64,000 bases of DNA, taken from the NCBI GenBank assembly GCA_040954595.2, contig CM082577.2, positions 10,193,846-10,257,845 of the forward strand. The letters are read 5' to 3'. The DNA comes from Balanoglossus misakiensis. Its lineage: Eukaryota > Animalia > Hemichordata. Position numbers and translations under genes: made by a program. Positions 12,844-25,600 of this stretch are shown in pieces; positions within the stretch are counted from its first letter, which is position 1; each line of letters starts with the position of its first letter. The notes beneath the pieces were generated by a model. That model saw only the letters and a program-made list of their open reading frames with translations, ran no database searches and was not told where the DNA came from.

Positions 12844-13648
12844 TTAGTAGCCATGTGATGTGTCCAGTGAGGATTCATCCGATGGTCTCAATCCCGACGG
12901 CGTGCTCGCCAAGCCTTGCAGGAGCTGCTCTCGCAAAGTACTGGCGGAGGGTTGCAGTTTCGGCCGGTGGTCTGCCCTCTCGTGGACGGACATGGAATCG
13001 TCACTCTGGTACGTACTGTAAATGTTCGGCGCCGTGCCTTGCAGCAACTGCTCTCTGTACGACAGCTGGGACTCCACCGACTGCTCCCTGCTCATCGCTG
13101 GGGCTTCCATTTCTGGCGATCCGGCCCCTCGCAGCAGCTGCTCGCGGAAGGTCACTTCCTGGGGCAGGTACTGCTGCAGCAGGTCTTGCTGCGAGCCGTC
13201 GCCGCCGCTGCTGGAGGCCATGCGCTGAATCATGTACGGCTGTCGGTGATCGCGGTCGTCGCGATAAGCAGGCTGGGTGTACCGCGGAGGGGCGTGGTGA
13301 GCGTGGTGTCTCTGCTCGTGTACCACGGGCGGATCACGGGCTTGCAGTTGCCGGGCAGCGGTCTGGTTCATCACCGGCACGTAACGCACCTCCGTCGTCT
13401 TCTCCACGGTTCTCCCCTGCTTCTGCTCCTCCAGCAGCTGTTCCTGCGTCGACTGCATGGACCGCAGCAGGCTCATCATGTCCGACATGTGCGTCTCCAT
13501 CCGCTCCACGCGCTCCTCCAAGTCTTCCCTGATGGTGGTGCCCGCCTCCGACTCCGGAACCGTCTCCGTCACGGATTCGCATCTGTCGTACTCCTTCAGG
13601 CGCATGCTGTCGGTGATGGCTCGCCTCGTCAGAGGCCTGCGTCGCTGT
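12844..13648 (-). CDS. TRPM: TRPM-B terminal coding exon (coiled coil plus low-complexity tail)
   Basis: CAG acceptor at 13649-13651, phase fits, [19 protein letters not shown] coiled coil, TAA at 12844. Confidence 0.87.
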
Positions 13649-16600
13649 CTGTAATTCAGTTCGAAAATAAAACACTTGGGTTATAGCACGGAAAAAAATC
13701 ATGGCAAAGTTGTCCAGAGTTTGTGTACATACATGTATGTTGGCATCTTGCAAGCCTACACTTTCAAAGAATATTGAATCACCTGAGCTTATTTTTACAA
13801 TCAAATGATTCAAATGCCAAGCAGCACTACATGATAACGATACTTATGTGATCTGGTCTGATAGATACAAACCCAATATCCCAACAAAAGAATTTCCGTG
13901 AAACACCATTGCCACCTAAATGAATGGTTAACAAGAGCTTGAAATGTTATGTCAAACAATTAGTTACGTCACAAAACAGTTTATAATGGTATTTTTTTAC
14001 TATGACAAAGTTTGAAAAAAAAAGCAGATATTGTCTGAACTTACGCATCATGTATTGAACGTGTTGAATCGCCTCTAACCAGCATACCGATAGCTTGGCT
14101 TTCTGTCCAGCGCCCACTGACACAATCTCGGATGTCTTCGATCTCTTCAATAACTTTGTCTAGCCTGAGTAGAAAAAAAAGCCAGAGTATGTGTGAAAAC
14201 CAGTGACACTTGTCTGACCAAGAGCACAACACAATCAACCCAACTTCTGGCATCTTCTATTTTTTTCTTGAAACTGTACAGTTGTTCATAAAATTATACC
14301 ACTTCAGTAAATACCCATTCGAAAGCACATGTGTATTCATATGTGGAGCAGGGTTTGCTCACTCTTTTAGAAATGCAAGCCATCACTTCTTGGTTATCAA
14401 CATTCAAATCAGTCTGTGTGTGTATGTATGTGTGTATGTCCATCTGTCTGTCCGTCCATCTGTCTGTCTGTCTGTGTCTTGCTTTGGTCTAATCCACAAA
14501 ATGGCGTTTGACAATTTGTTTATCTGTTTTCTGGTCACGTTCATCATTCTACACATTCTTATTTTTCTATACCTTTGACCTGTCTTCTGCATTCTGACTT
14601 CTGGGATAAGATTGTCCCTGTGGTGTTTCTTGATGTAGTAATTTTCAACCTGTCTTCTCTCAAAGCTGTTCAGCTCAGCAATTTCATCCTCATCCAACCT
14701 GACTTCTGCTCATAATAAAAACAATGATTGGAAGAAAGAACAATCATCATTACTGGGACACATACAAGCAACAGATCAGAACATTACTAAAATAGCTTAA
14801 TTTTCTTAAAATGGGAAACTGAATAAAATTGGATGCAAACACAGAAACATGAACCACGGCCTTACATGAATAATTCAAATAACAGTACTTCACAATCAAA
14901 TCCATTACCTGTCTATAGTAGCCAGTCAAGGGACTTTCCTAAACTGGCCTTTACAGACAGGTGGCCATTATAAACAGGTCAATTAATGTACGTGTAAATT
15001 GCACAGGGACTGTAACAAAGTGACCACTGTATAGAGGTGGCTGCTATACAGAGGTGGCCACTTTAATACACAGGTTTGATTGTAAAAATCATTGGACATT
15101 TGTTCTACGGTTTTGTGCACTCTTCAAAAATGGGTCTAATCAAATGCAAATCAATGGAAGTGCATTTAACTGTGGTGTAAAATTTGTTTTAAAGTCAGTG
15201 AATGATTTTTCTTTAACAAATTGCACGTTGTCCCTGTATCATCGCCACCAACCACGAACAAAATACGATCTACAAGAGCCACTTACTGAAGCTTGTGGAG
15301 GGAGGTTCTTGGCCGCTGCATCTGTAGATGATCCACCACAGAATTCTCCAAAGATGGTTCAACAAGATCAACGGTGGAATCAGAGTGGGCCGGTCGAAGT
15401 ACTCGTAAACGAGTTCGTAACGGTAGAATCGCCAGATGGTTTCCGATTTGTCATTCACCTTCTGAAAGATGTAACTGTTGGAGAAGAGGGAAGGGGGAAT
15501 AGTATTAATGGTTAATTAAGTGAGACTTTGTTTATCAGTTGTTACCTTTTTTCAAAATCTCCATTAGCTGTAACTTTTGGCTATGTTTTCAGTATTTGTT
15601 TCTACTGCAGTTTCTTGTTCAAATTCATGAAGTATGAAGCACTGCCCAGCATTCAGATTATCAACATAACATAAATGTGTAGTAGTCACTGCATTCACTG
15701 CAAAATTGGAATTGAAGTCCGGACTAGAATTCATTTGTCAACAATAACTGCAATTGATACACTGAACAATAAAGCCAACAGTATAATGTCCCTTAAATAT
15801 TCAGTTAAGTCAGCAATTGTACTGTTTTCCAACTCATCTGATTTCTTGTTTAATAATAAGGCACAAACCAAAATTAATTCCAACACACAATAACGCAATT
15901 CTAGTTTCACAGTACATCTGTCCATGTGGAATCTTACCTGAACATGGCAATGAGGAGGTTGAGCAGCAACACATTGGAGATCAACATGTACACAGCCGTT
16001 AGAAGCGGTACCACCCATCGGTACGTGTCGTCCATTGGTGGACAGTGACCATCCAAACGGGGTTCAGAGTAACACGTTTCATTGTCAAGTCGACCTGAAA
16101 ATCAACACACCAGGATTACATACACAGCCAACACACAGGACTGGAATAGATGATATATTTAAACCTGTCTAAACTGAACCCTGTCTAATCTGAAAACCTG
16201 TCTATACCGAACACATTTTCCTGTCCCTTGAAATAGAACCACATGTTAAAAGAACCTCACGAGTCTATAAACCGGACACCTCTGAAAACCGAACGATTTC
16301 TTCAATCCCATTCATGTTCAGTTTAGACAGATTGACTGTATAATGGTATTTCATATCAAATGCCATAATTTTAATTTCCTTTTTGGGGGAAATAAATATT
16401 ACCACAGAAAAAATAAATCATGACTTAAATAAAACAAACTTACCTTCAATTTCTTCAAGGAAGAGTTCTCCATACATCTGCCAGTATGGTTTGTAGATAA
16501 CCTTCGGTATCAACATGAAGGACGGGTGATGGTTTGGATAGAGCAGTGCCTCGCATGCCACACCGAACGCCATGATGAAGATAATCAGAATTCCAACAAA

Positions 16601-19600
16601 GTACACCAGATCTTCCAACTGCAAATGAAAGAAAACTTTTTGTGAAACAAATCTCTCGGTGGAGCCCTCTTTTAAATTAAAATCTGACCTGTAGTGTTAT
16701 ACAGACTGATGCAGAATGATAATCCTAAAATTTTCTCATTATCATAAAATATTCATGATTTTGAAGATTTTTGCATACAAAATCTTACCTGTGGTGTTAT
16801 ACAAATTGAAGCAGAATCATAATCCTAGAATTTCCTCATTATCATAAATTATTCATGATTTTCAAGGTATTTGCATAAAAACATGTCCGACAACACCAAT
16901 CAGTGTTAAACTAACTGTATTCTATAGATAAACTAGTTTCTGCAAAAGAGACTTCATTTGGCGATGGCAACTCACCATCTGCTTGATCATGATAATCTTG
17001 GGCCCAATCTCCTTGTGGAAGAAGCCCATGTGGACCAGTCTGAACATGAACACCATGAGAGTCAGCGAGTAGCCGATCCTGGCCACCATGAAGTCGTCAC
17101 CTTCCAGTGAGAACCTCAGGATCAGGGACACGGAAAACATGCAGATCATGACCAGATCAAACCGGTTCCAGATGTCGTCGTACCAGCTGATTATCTTGTA
17201 TCTCAGTGACTTTGGCTCTCGCACCAGAATCTGCAAATGAGAAGCAATAAAGTTCAAATTCTGCATTCCAGAAAAATTGTGGACAGACCATCTCACTTTA
17301 CAGAACGCAATGTATAAAATTTGATTTCAAAAGAAAACAGAAATAATCAGCTCCAAAATAAATGTCACATAAAGCTACCCATCTAAACCTCTTCACATTT
17401 TTGTTCCCTTTTTCGCTTGACATTTACAGTGGGTATATTTTCTCGGACAGGACAAACGTGTTTTATGCTTTCAGCTGTCTCTAAAATCCATCTATGCTTC
17501 TATGAAACTTTCAGATTTTCACCTATTTCCCCTACATATAGGTTATATACCACACAACTGAAAACAACAAAGTTCTACAAAAACTTGGCAGTGACAAGAT
17601 ATTACACGTTTGAGATTTAAAAGAAAAAGCTTTTCTTTTACCTGTCTTCCTTCTTCGATGGTCAGGCTGAAAACCCAGGCGATGGTGATCCATTCCCAAA
17701 TGCCGGGAGAATCCGGATGACTGATGGGATACAGGTCAGTCAACATGAAATAACTGAAGATGACCAGGAATATGATGTATGAAAGCTGCAAGACAACAAA
17801 TAAATTGGTTTTACATCTCACTTGCCCCAACTCCCGCTCCCAGCTGAAGTACAAATGTACCTGGTTTGCATACAGAGACCATCAACTACAGTGTGTAACT
17901 TTTGCACAGATGTGAACATTGCATACGATCTGGTGGCTGGATGGAGTGTGTTGTCAGTGGTGTTAGGATTTCAGTCCAGTTAGTTTTACAAAGCAATAAT
18001 CATGCAGAGAACACTTCAGCTTTTGCTCTGAAGTTCGAGAATTCTCTCCATAACACACCGAAAAGCTGAGAAGATGCTTTGAACTATGATAAAAAAGCGT
18101 GCCTGCAAACAGACATACAATGACAGACACCACACTCAAACATACACAGGCTCGTACTGGTGTGTATGTGTTTTTATTTCAATAGATATACAGTCAAAAA
18201 CTTTTATAGTGAATGTGTCTGTAAGTGTAACAGTTACACTCAGTAAAATTTACTGAGTATGATGAAATGTTAACTTCAAACATAACTTTCGGTGAACATG
18301 AGAAATGTCGTCCACTATCTGTTAACATCTTCAAAATCCTGGCTTACCACATTGAACATGAACTTGGTGACCGGCGCCGTGTAGTAGTACCAGATGGCTC
18401 TGAAAATGCTGAGTCTGTTCTCCACGGTGTGCCAGCCGAGTTTGCGGATCTTTCTGGAATGCTGGTGCCTGGGAGTCTGGCTGCTGTACACCTGGTCTGA
18501 CGTGCTCAGCGTGGTCAGTCGTTTCTGCAGCTGCGGACGGACGGGACTGGAGAAGTTGTTGTTGGCGCCGGAGAGGGACTCCGCCTGCTTTTCCGCGCTC
18601 TTCTCCATGTCTTCCAGTTCTTCGTCTTCGGCTGAAAACCGGACCAGGAATATGAGGAACGGAATCATGGCCAACAGAAGCTATGGGAATGAGAGAGAGA
18701 GAGATAGAATGTCAATTGGGAAAAAGTGTGGAATTATCCCGTCCAAATCAAATCTGTTGAGAATGGTCTGAATGTTGTGTTGATAAGCTGAATGCTTGGC
18801 ATTTCTCCTGTTCCAGGAATTTGAACGAGAAACTGCAGTAGATACACAAAACAAAAATACTGAAAAAATAGCGAAAAGTTACAGCTAATGGAGCTATAAA
18901 AAGTGCATACATGTACATGTACATACCCTCCACCATGACGTGTGCAGATGCATTTTTCCCTTCCAGATTCTGTTCAGCTTTGTCTGACAACAGCTGTGGT
19001 CCATGAATTCCATCAGGAAGGCGGAGTCGGCGATGGACAGACACGTCGTGTGACCCCAGTTGGGAAGTTCACGCACCACCAAGAGTTGAGATTTCTTCTT
19101 CTCCTTGTTGTAACACTCTGTCAGGACGTCTTTGCCCAGCATCTGGTAATCCCTGAAAAAAAATTATGTGAAAAACGGTAAATGTGAATCTATTGCTTCG
19201 ATTAAAGGGTCAGACACAGTGGCTAATTTAACCCTTTCACCACCATGGTTCAGTCCAAACCCATTGTTTTCTTAGGTGTAAGGTTGGACCTCTATAGAGG
19301 GAACTGGGGATGAAAGGGTTAAGGAGTCACCTTTTCCAAAATAAAAGCTACAATAGTGGAAGAATTTGATGCTTTAATTTTAATTAACATCAGAAGTGAA
19401 ATGCACCAGTTTCTTTGAAAGTGAAACTGATATTCCACGAACTCCGTTCTCGCACATTTTTCAGATTTTGGAATTTCAAGCATGCAGTTGAAGGCATTTC
19501 AAAATGGGTTTTTCCTGATTTGTTTCTGACAACCATGGTATGAACCTAAACCTGTCCACTACTACTTTATGATGAATTTTGACAAGTGCTACAATGAAGT

Positions 19601-22600
19601 GTGAGCTATAATCATGACCTACATGGAATGGTTGATGAGATCTTGATGGAGTTCCAGTTCTTCTTCAGACTCGGCTATCTTCGACATTTCTCTCAGAAGC
19701 TTCGCTGCCACCAAGGACCCGCCTTTAAAATTAAGCGAAAAAGGTCAATAGTCAAAATATGCATGAGCTGTGTCTTTTTGATGGCACTCAATGATAATAT
19801 GTTGATGGTGTTACCATCCAAAGCATATTCCTTGAATAAAATAAACAACAGAATGTTTTTCCATATTTAAAATGCAGGATGAGCTATAAAAAATCATAGT
19901 TTGATGGGCGAAGTATAAGTTTGAAACTTGATAATGGTACAATTTACATATGTACAGATGTGACATCACATATGTGACATCTAACTATTATGTGGTTATA
20001 ACGTACTGTGTCTATGAATGAGACCCAACAGCATTATCACCGATGTGGAACTTCAAAGCCTATAAATTTCTCTTTTAACTCTAGATTGATTCAAACCCCA
20101 CCCATTTTATAATAACATTCTCCGGTCACAGCTCACACATCTCAACAGCTCACATCATAGTACACATACCAATATGAGTTGTGCTGTTCTGCCAGAATAG
20201 CCTGGCCATGTTCTTGCGGTTCAACAGGATGGCCCACATGTACAGTTCCTGCTCAGGGTAGTCGAACCTGAAATTGTCCCTTTGGGCCGACAGACTTTTT
20301 TCTGAAACATAACAATGTGAGTTGTATGTTATTATTTTCACTTGCAATAAGTATCCATGCACAAAAAATATGATTTATATTACATGCTATGATACCATAA
20401 TATATTTTGCTGAAATGACTAAATATTTAACACATACAGTAAAACCTGTCTAAACCGAACACCAAAGCGACTGAAGAAATTTTTCGCTTTGCAGAGGTGT
20501 CCAGTTTATAGAGGTTCTTTTAATATGTGGTGCTACGTCAAAGGAAGAGGAAATTGTGTTTGGTATAGACAGGTTTTCAGATTAGACGGGTTCAGTTTAG
20601 ACAGATTTCACTGTATTTGTACTATTTCACTGTTGCAGTCATTTCCAAACAACTTAATGCAGAAAATTGCAAGGTGAATTGAATTTCACCAAATGTGGTG
20701 TATAAACTACAGAAATATTTGATCAATTCCTATTTTGCAAGTTTATTTGTTTTTCTGCAACTTGGCAAATCCATCAACGTTTTGATAAATCTTTTCCACA
20801 AACCTTCAGGTGTGCTTCCGTGAATTGAACATTCAAACGGATCGACTACAAAGATGTCGTTGGAGTAGCTGAGTGGATACTCGTCTCCCATCAGCGTGGT
20901 CAACAGTTTTCCGACGAAGTGCAGCAGATACCGGGCCCAGCCATCATCAAGAACCAAACTCTGCAGAAGAAGAGACATGGTTTTATCAGACACTAAAATG
21001 TATTCAAATGACCATACCAGCGAGATAATCAAAATTTGGAGGAAATCTACAAACCAGGGTAGGTGAGGAGTGAAATGGGTCACAATAACCATTTCTGTAC
21101 TATTTCACTTTTACCTACACATCAGTCTTTTGATTCTCAATTTTTTTAAATTTGCGAGTGAAACAGCTTTTCTTACTTCATGCTAAGGGGTCTCAACTCA
21201 ACCAGGACATCTCTATGTTGTGTTTATAGTTAATAAACTGTCAACTGAGGCTTATGAATTCAACTCAACCTTAAAAATCATTATCCAGCATATTATATGC
21301 ACAAATTTCACAGCAGATGATTTTCAGAGGCAAGTTGCAAGTTACATTGCTGCAAGATCATAACACCATGCCAGAATCATTATGGTGTGTGTTATGATGT
21401 AACATGGTGCAATAGATATATACTGAGACGAATATACAGCTTACAGGTTAGGTACATCTATACATGTACTAGTCCCAGGTATACACAATAATTGCATTGT
21501 ATAAAATCACAGTAAACAACTTTTTCATTGAATATAATATATTATATATGACAATTCATGTGGCAATTTGACAATATTTATGTGACAATTTTAAGTATAA
21601 TGTACTGCACATTGGCTATATCTTTCCCACCACCATTTAGAAATGACCAGAATCAAACTTGTTGACACAACAAGCGAGCAAGCGCAGTGAAAAGTGTGAG
21701 AGTGGCATTCTATCTATAACATTTACAGTGAACAGCTACAGGTGAAAGTGTCAAGATGCTTGCTTAATCACGCGCTCAACCACTTTTCCAAATCAATCTT
21801 CCATTTTTTTCAACTGTTGTGAGATCATCAACAGATCAAAAGTTGATCAGATGAAAAAACTTACAGCAAAAACAGCTGAAGGCATTGGTACAGTAAAAAC
21901 ATGAAGGGCAGAGTCTTACAATTGTAAGTGTATTTCCATGTGAGCCCCCCCCCCCCCCTCCCCCTCCCTTGACAATTTGACCTTTGACCTCCCTAACCCA
22001 ACACTGAGAAAAGAAATCAAGAGAGACTTGAAAAGTGGACCGCAATTGAAGCCACACACACTGCAGTGATAACAAAGCAACTCTAGTGTTCTCACAACCT
22101 ACACTGACCTTGCAACATCCACAACACATAGAAATCTTCCCAGCCCGCTGTGTATCAGAATGTCAGAGTAAAACATCCAATTACAACAACAATAACAACA
22201 ACAGTGACAACATTAAAAACAACAATATTAGTCACTACTAACTGCACCAAAGTGTAGCAAAAACACCCCCAATATACCATCAATACGCACAATCACACTC
22301 TTACATATTTGTGGATTTACAAACTATCATCTGAAAAACTTTGAAATATTGTTTGAAGAATATTCAGATTAGATTTTGTTATGGCTTTTTTTGTGAACAA
22401 TTAATATCTATAACATCAAAATAACAAGATTTTTTAATTGCATTTGAGATCATAATGCATCGGATTAGCAGCCTACTCCAAAAATCAACTTTGGACATAA
22501 AATTGAAATGTAAGAAACTGAGACAACAACTGCATTCTGCAAGACATGATGGTATTTTTGCCCACTTTGGTGTCTTCTGAACAAAAACACTGGTTAAAAC

Positions 22601-25600
22601 ACATAGCCATACAATAACAGTGAATCTTTAGAAGGTTTTAAAACACAGAAACGGACTTTACCATTGACTGTTTGATACTTTGTATTTGAGTCTTGATCAT
22701 CTCCACTGTGCAGTATGTGATGTCTTCATTAAAATCCTTCGGAGCGTACAATGCCTGCCAAGAGAGAGAGTGAGAGATGCTGTAAAAATAGTCATTGAGA
22801 ATACATGTAGATGTATGGAAAATCAATATTAATTGACAAGGAGAGATAGAATTCAAATGTTTTTGGACTAACAGCAAATCCTCACCTGGAAGTAGAGTTG
22901 ATGCAGTCGTTTAATTGTGAGGAAATTCTTCAGAACAATGCCATGATCCATCAGCAACTGGACGAAGTCTACTCTGTCCAAAGTGAGCGCTGTCAACATG
23001 GCTTCTTCCATGGCTATTTTCTGAAGAAACAGGGGGAAAATGTGCACATCAGTTTGTGTTCACTGATGGTATTACAACATAACAACTTTGTAAATTTACA
23101 TGTGCAAATATGTATAGTAAAAAAATGAAATGGCTGTACAATCATCTACATGTATATTCCTTGGATTTTGATACAGACACAAAAAGATGATCCTAAAATG
23201 CTCAACTTAGCAAAATATGGAATGAAATGAAATAACATAAATACACTCATACTGTACGAGCAGACAGACATTATAAACAGGGCAAGAAAGCATACAATGA
23301 AAACTGGATGCGATGAATACAAAATTCAAATGGACCGCAGTATTCATCAAAACAATACATGTATCTGTGCAAGAACACAGAAATACTTGCGTTATCCTCC
23401 ATGTTCATGTTTTTGAACCACAATCAAGTGACTTCTTTGGCATCTTGCATCAATACCGGTCACAGTACTTGGCGTACATTCCTAATTCCAGAGCACCTCC
23501 ATTGGGATTTCCTCCACCAAAACTAAAACCTACCTGCCATTCCATGCGTCTTTCGGGGGCAAAGATTTCCTGTCTTGCAATATCCGATCGATTCCATGCC
23601 AGGGCGAGGTTGAGCTGGGTTTGTGCCGAACCAGACCTCGCTACGCAAAAATGAAGGATGGGTCCAACGACGGGGATGGACAAAAACACATATGAGCGGA
23701 CAATAAGCATGCATGTTGGCATGGAAACATACATGTACAACAACGACAAATATGGTAATACAAATATGAGTAATGATTACAATGTTTAATGAGAATAACA
23801 ACACTACATGTACATGTATAATAGCTGAAACTTTTCGTTATTTTCTCAGAATGTTTTTCTCTCTCTCAAATGCACTTTTTTATACAACTAAACACAGCAT
23901 AATTAATTGCCAGTAAAAAATAATAGGCTAATTATGAAGTCAGCATATATTGTTACTGTTGAAAATTGAATTTCAATCTGAACTTGAATTCTCTCGTCAA
24001 CAATAACATGGACTTCTTTTACTGCTATTGTGCTAAACTCGTGGAAACTAGTAGATATATAAAGACAGTCGCTCACCGTGTAACATTGCATGCAGGATGG
24101 CACCATCAATGTCTCTGTTATCAGCATCCTGGATGCGGAACACTGTGATCTGAAAAGAACAGTTGAATAACATCACGGATTCACCTCATTTTCTTGTATA
24201 GAGAGCCACTCATGGAGCCATCTGTTATAAGTGTTCATCAATCTCAATGCAATTGAGTTTCTGGGTGTCAGGGAAAGAAATTCTTTTGTCAAATTTCTGG
24301 AATACATCGTTGCGTACATGTACTAGTTAGTGAACTTCGATTGGCTGAAAAGTGGATGTTGTTGTTTTGGGTTTCAATCCAATATGGCTGCCAGACTATG
24401 CCAGTAGAACTCATTTTTATAAATAAAAGTGAAATACACAATGTATGCTAAAAATTTCAATGCACAATAAAACTGGTGTTCTTTTGTAAAAAGCATTTCA
24501 AAGTTCTTACAATACATGCAGAGGAGTTGGGACCACTTTCAAATAGAAACACGAGACGATACTTACCAAGTTTCTCTTTTTGATACAAGCTTGGACCCAA
24601 TCGATGAACTGTTCTACTTTGGGATCTTTTTGGTCCAGGTTGAATGTCTTGATCACTCTCTGCCTAATATCCTCCCTGTCCACATTTCTACTGATGTTGC
24701 TGTCACTGAAAATCGTGTGGGGGGAAAAAGATGAATATTTTAGTGATGGATAATGATGTAAAATCAAAAACATTTGCAAGTACCATTAAAACTGACAAGC
24801 GAAGACACAGTAAAAGCATTAACCAATTGAACCCTGACCTATCACATAATTTGGAAGCTTTCTTCTGAGCAGGGTTCAAAGAGCTCAAGTTCACCAGGAT
24901 TTATTGCCAATGCTGTATTAATTTTGTGCTGTTTTAGGCATATTCATATTAAGGTATTGAACTCATCAATTTGCCCATAGAAAATTCTATCATAACTTAT
25001 TCATTTTCAACTCATTTTTTTCTCCAAATGGCATAAACAGGAACTAAGTTTATCCCTTAAAACTGGAGTGGTATATGATTTTCCCTCAAAATGAGAAAAT
25101 ATTGTGAAATTGGTTGCTTTAATTTCTGATTTGCACCAAGCTGATGAAATCCGTGTACATACGTGTGAGTTGGTTTGGTCTTCTTGAAGGCGTAGGCGAT
25201 GACGTCCGCGGCTCTTCCACTGCCTTCAATGATGACAGCCGGCATGTTCTTCTCTGTGGTTTCGTAGACAGTCTTCAGCGTATTGGGTCCACCCTCTACG
25301 ACCACCAACACCACAGGTACTCTCTCATCTGCGGGAGAAATCCCACATTCATTCACAGTGTTTGCAAGTATAGTAAAACCTGCCGAAACCAAACCCTGTC
25401 TAATCTGGAAACCGTTCTATACCGAACACATTTTTTCCAGACCCTTTGACATAGAGCCACATATTAAAAGAACCTCTATAAACTAGACACCTGCAAACTG
25501 AACAATTTCTTCAGTCCCTGACGTTCTAATAGACCGGTTTTAGTGTACTACCAAAATCAAGCACACAGTTCCAATGTACATATATACTGGCATCAATTAA

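Noticed and set aside
12855-13686. 225-aa and 256-aa plus-strand ORFs
   Set aside because: Antisense shadows of the GC-rich TRPM-B terminal exon.
16681-16880. CRISPR-like array
   Set aside because: Two contiguous copies with no spacers, no cas genes, and a eukaryotic intron context.
21865-21915. Second Cys-rich stretch ([16 protein letters not shown]) with a GTAAGT donor
   Set aside because: Available acceptors give 50- or 11-nt exons that break the phase-0 frame.
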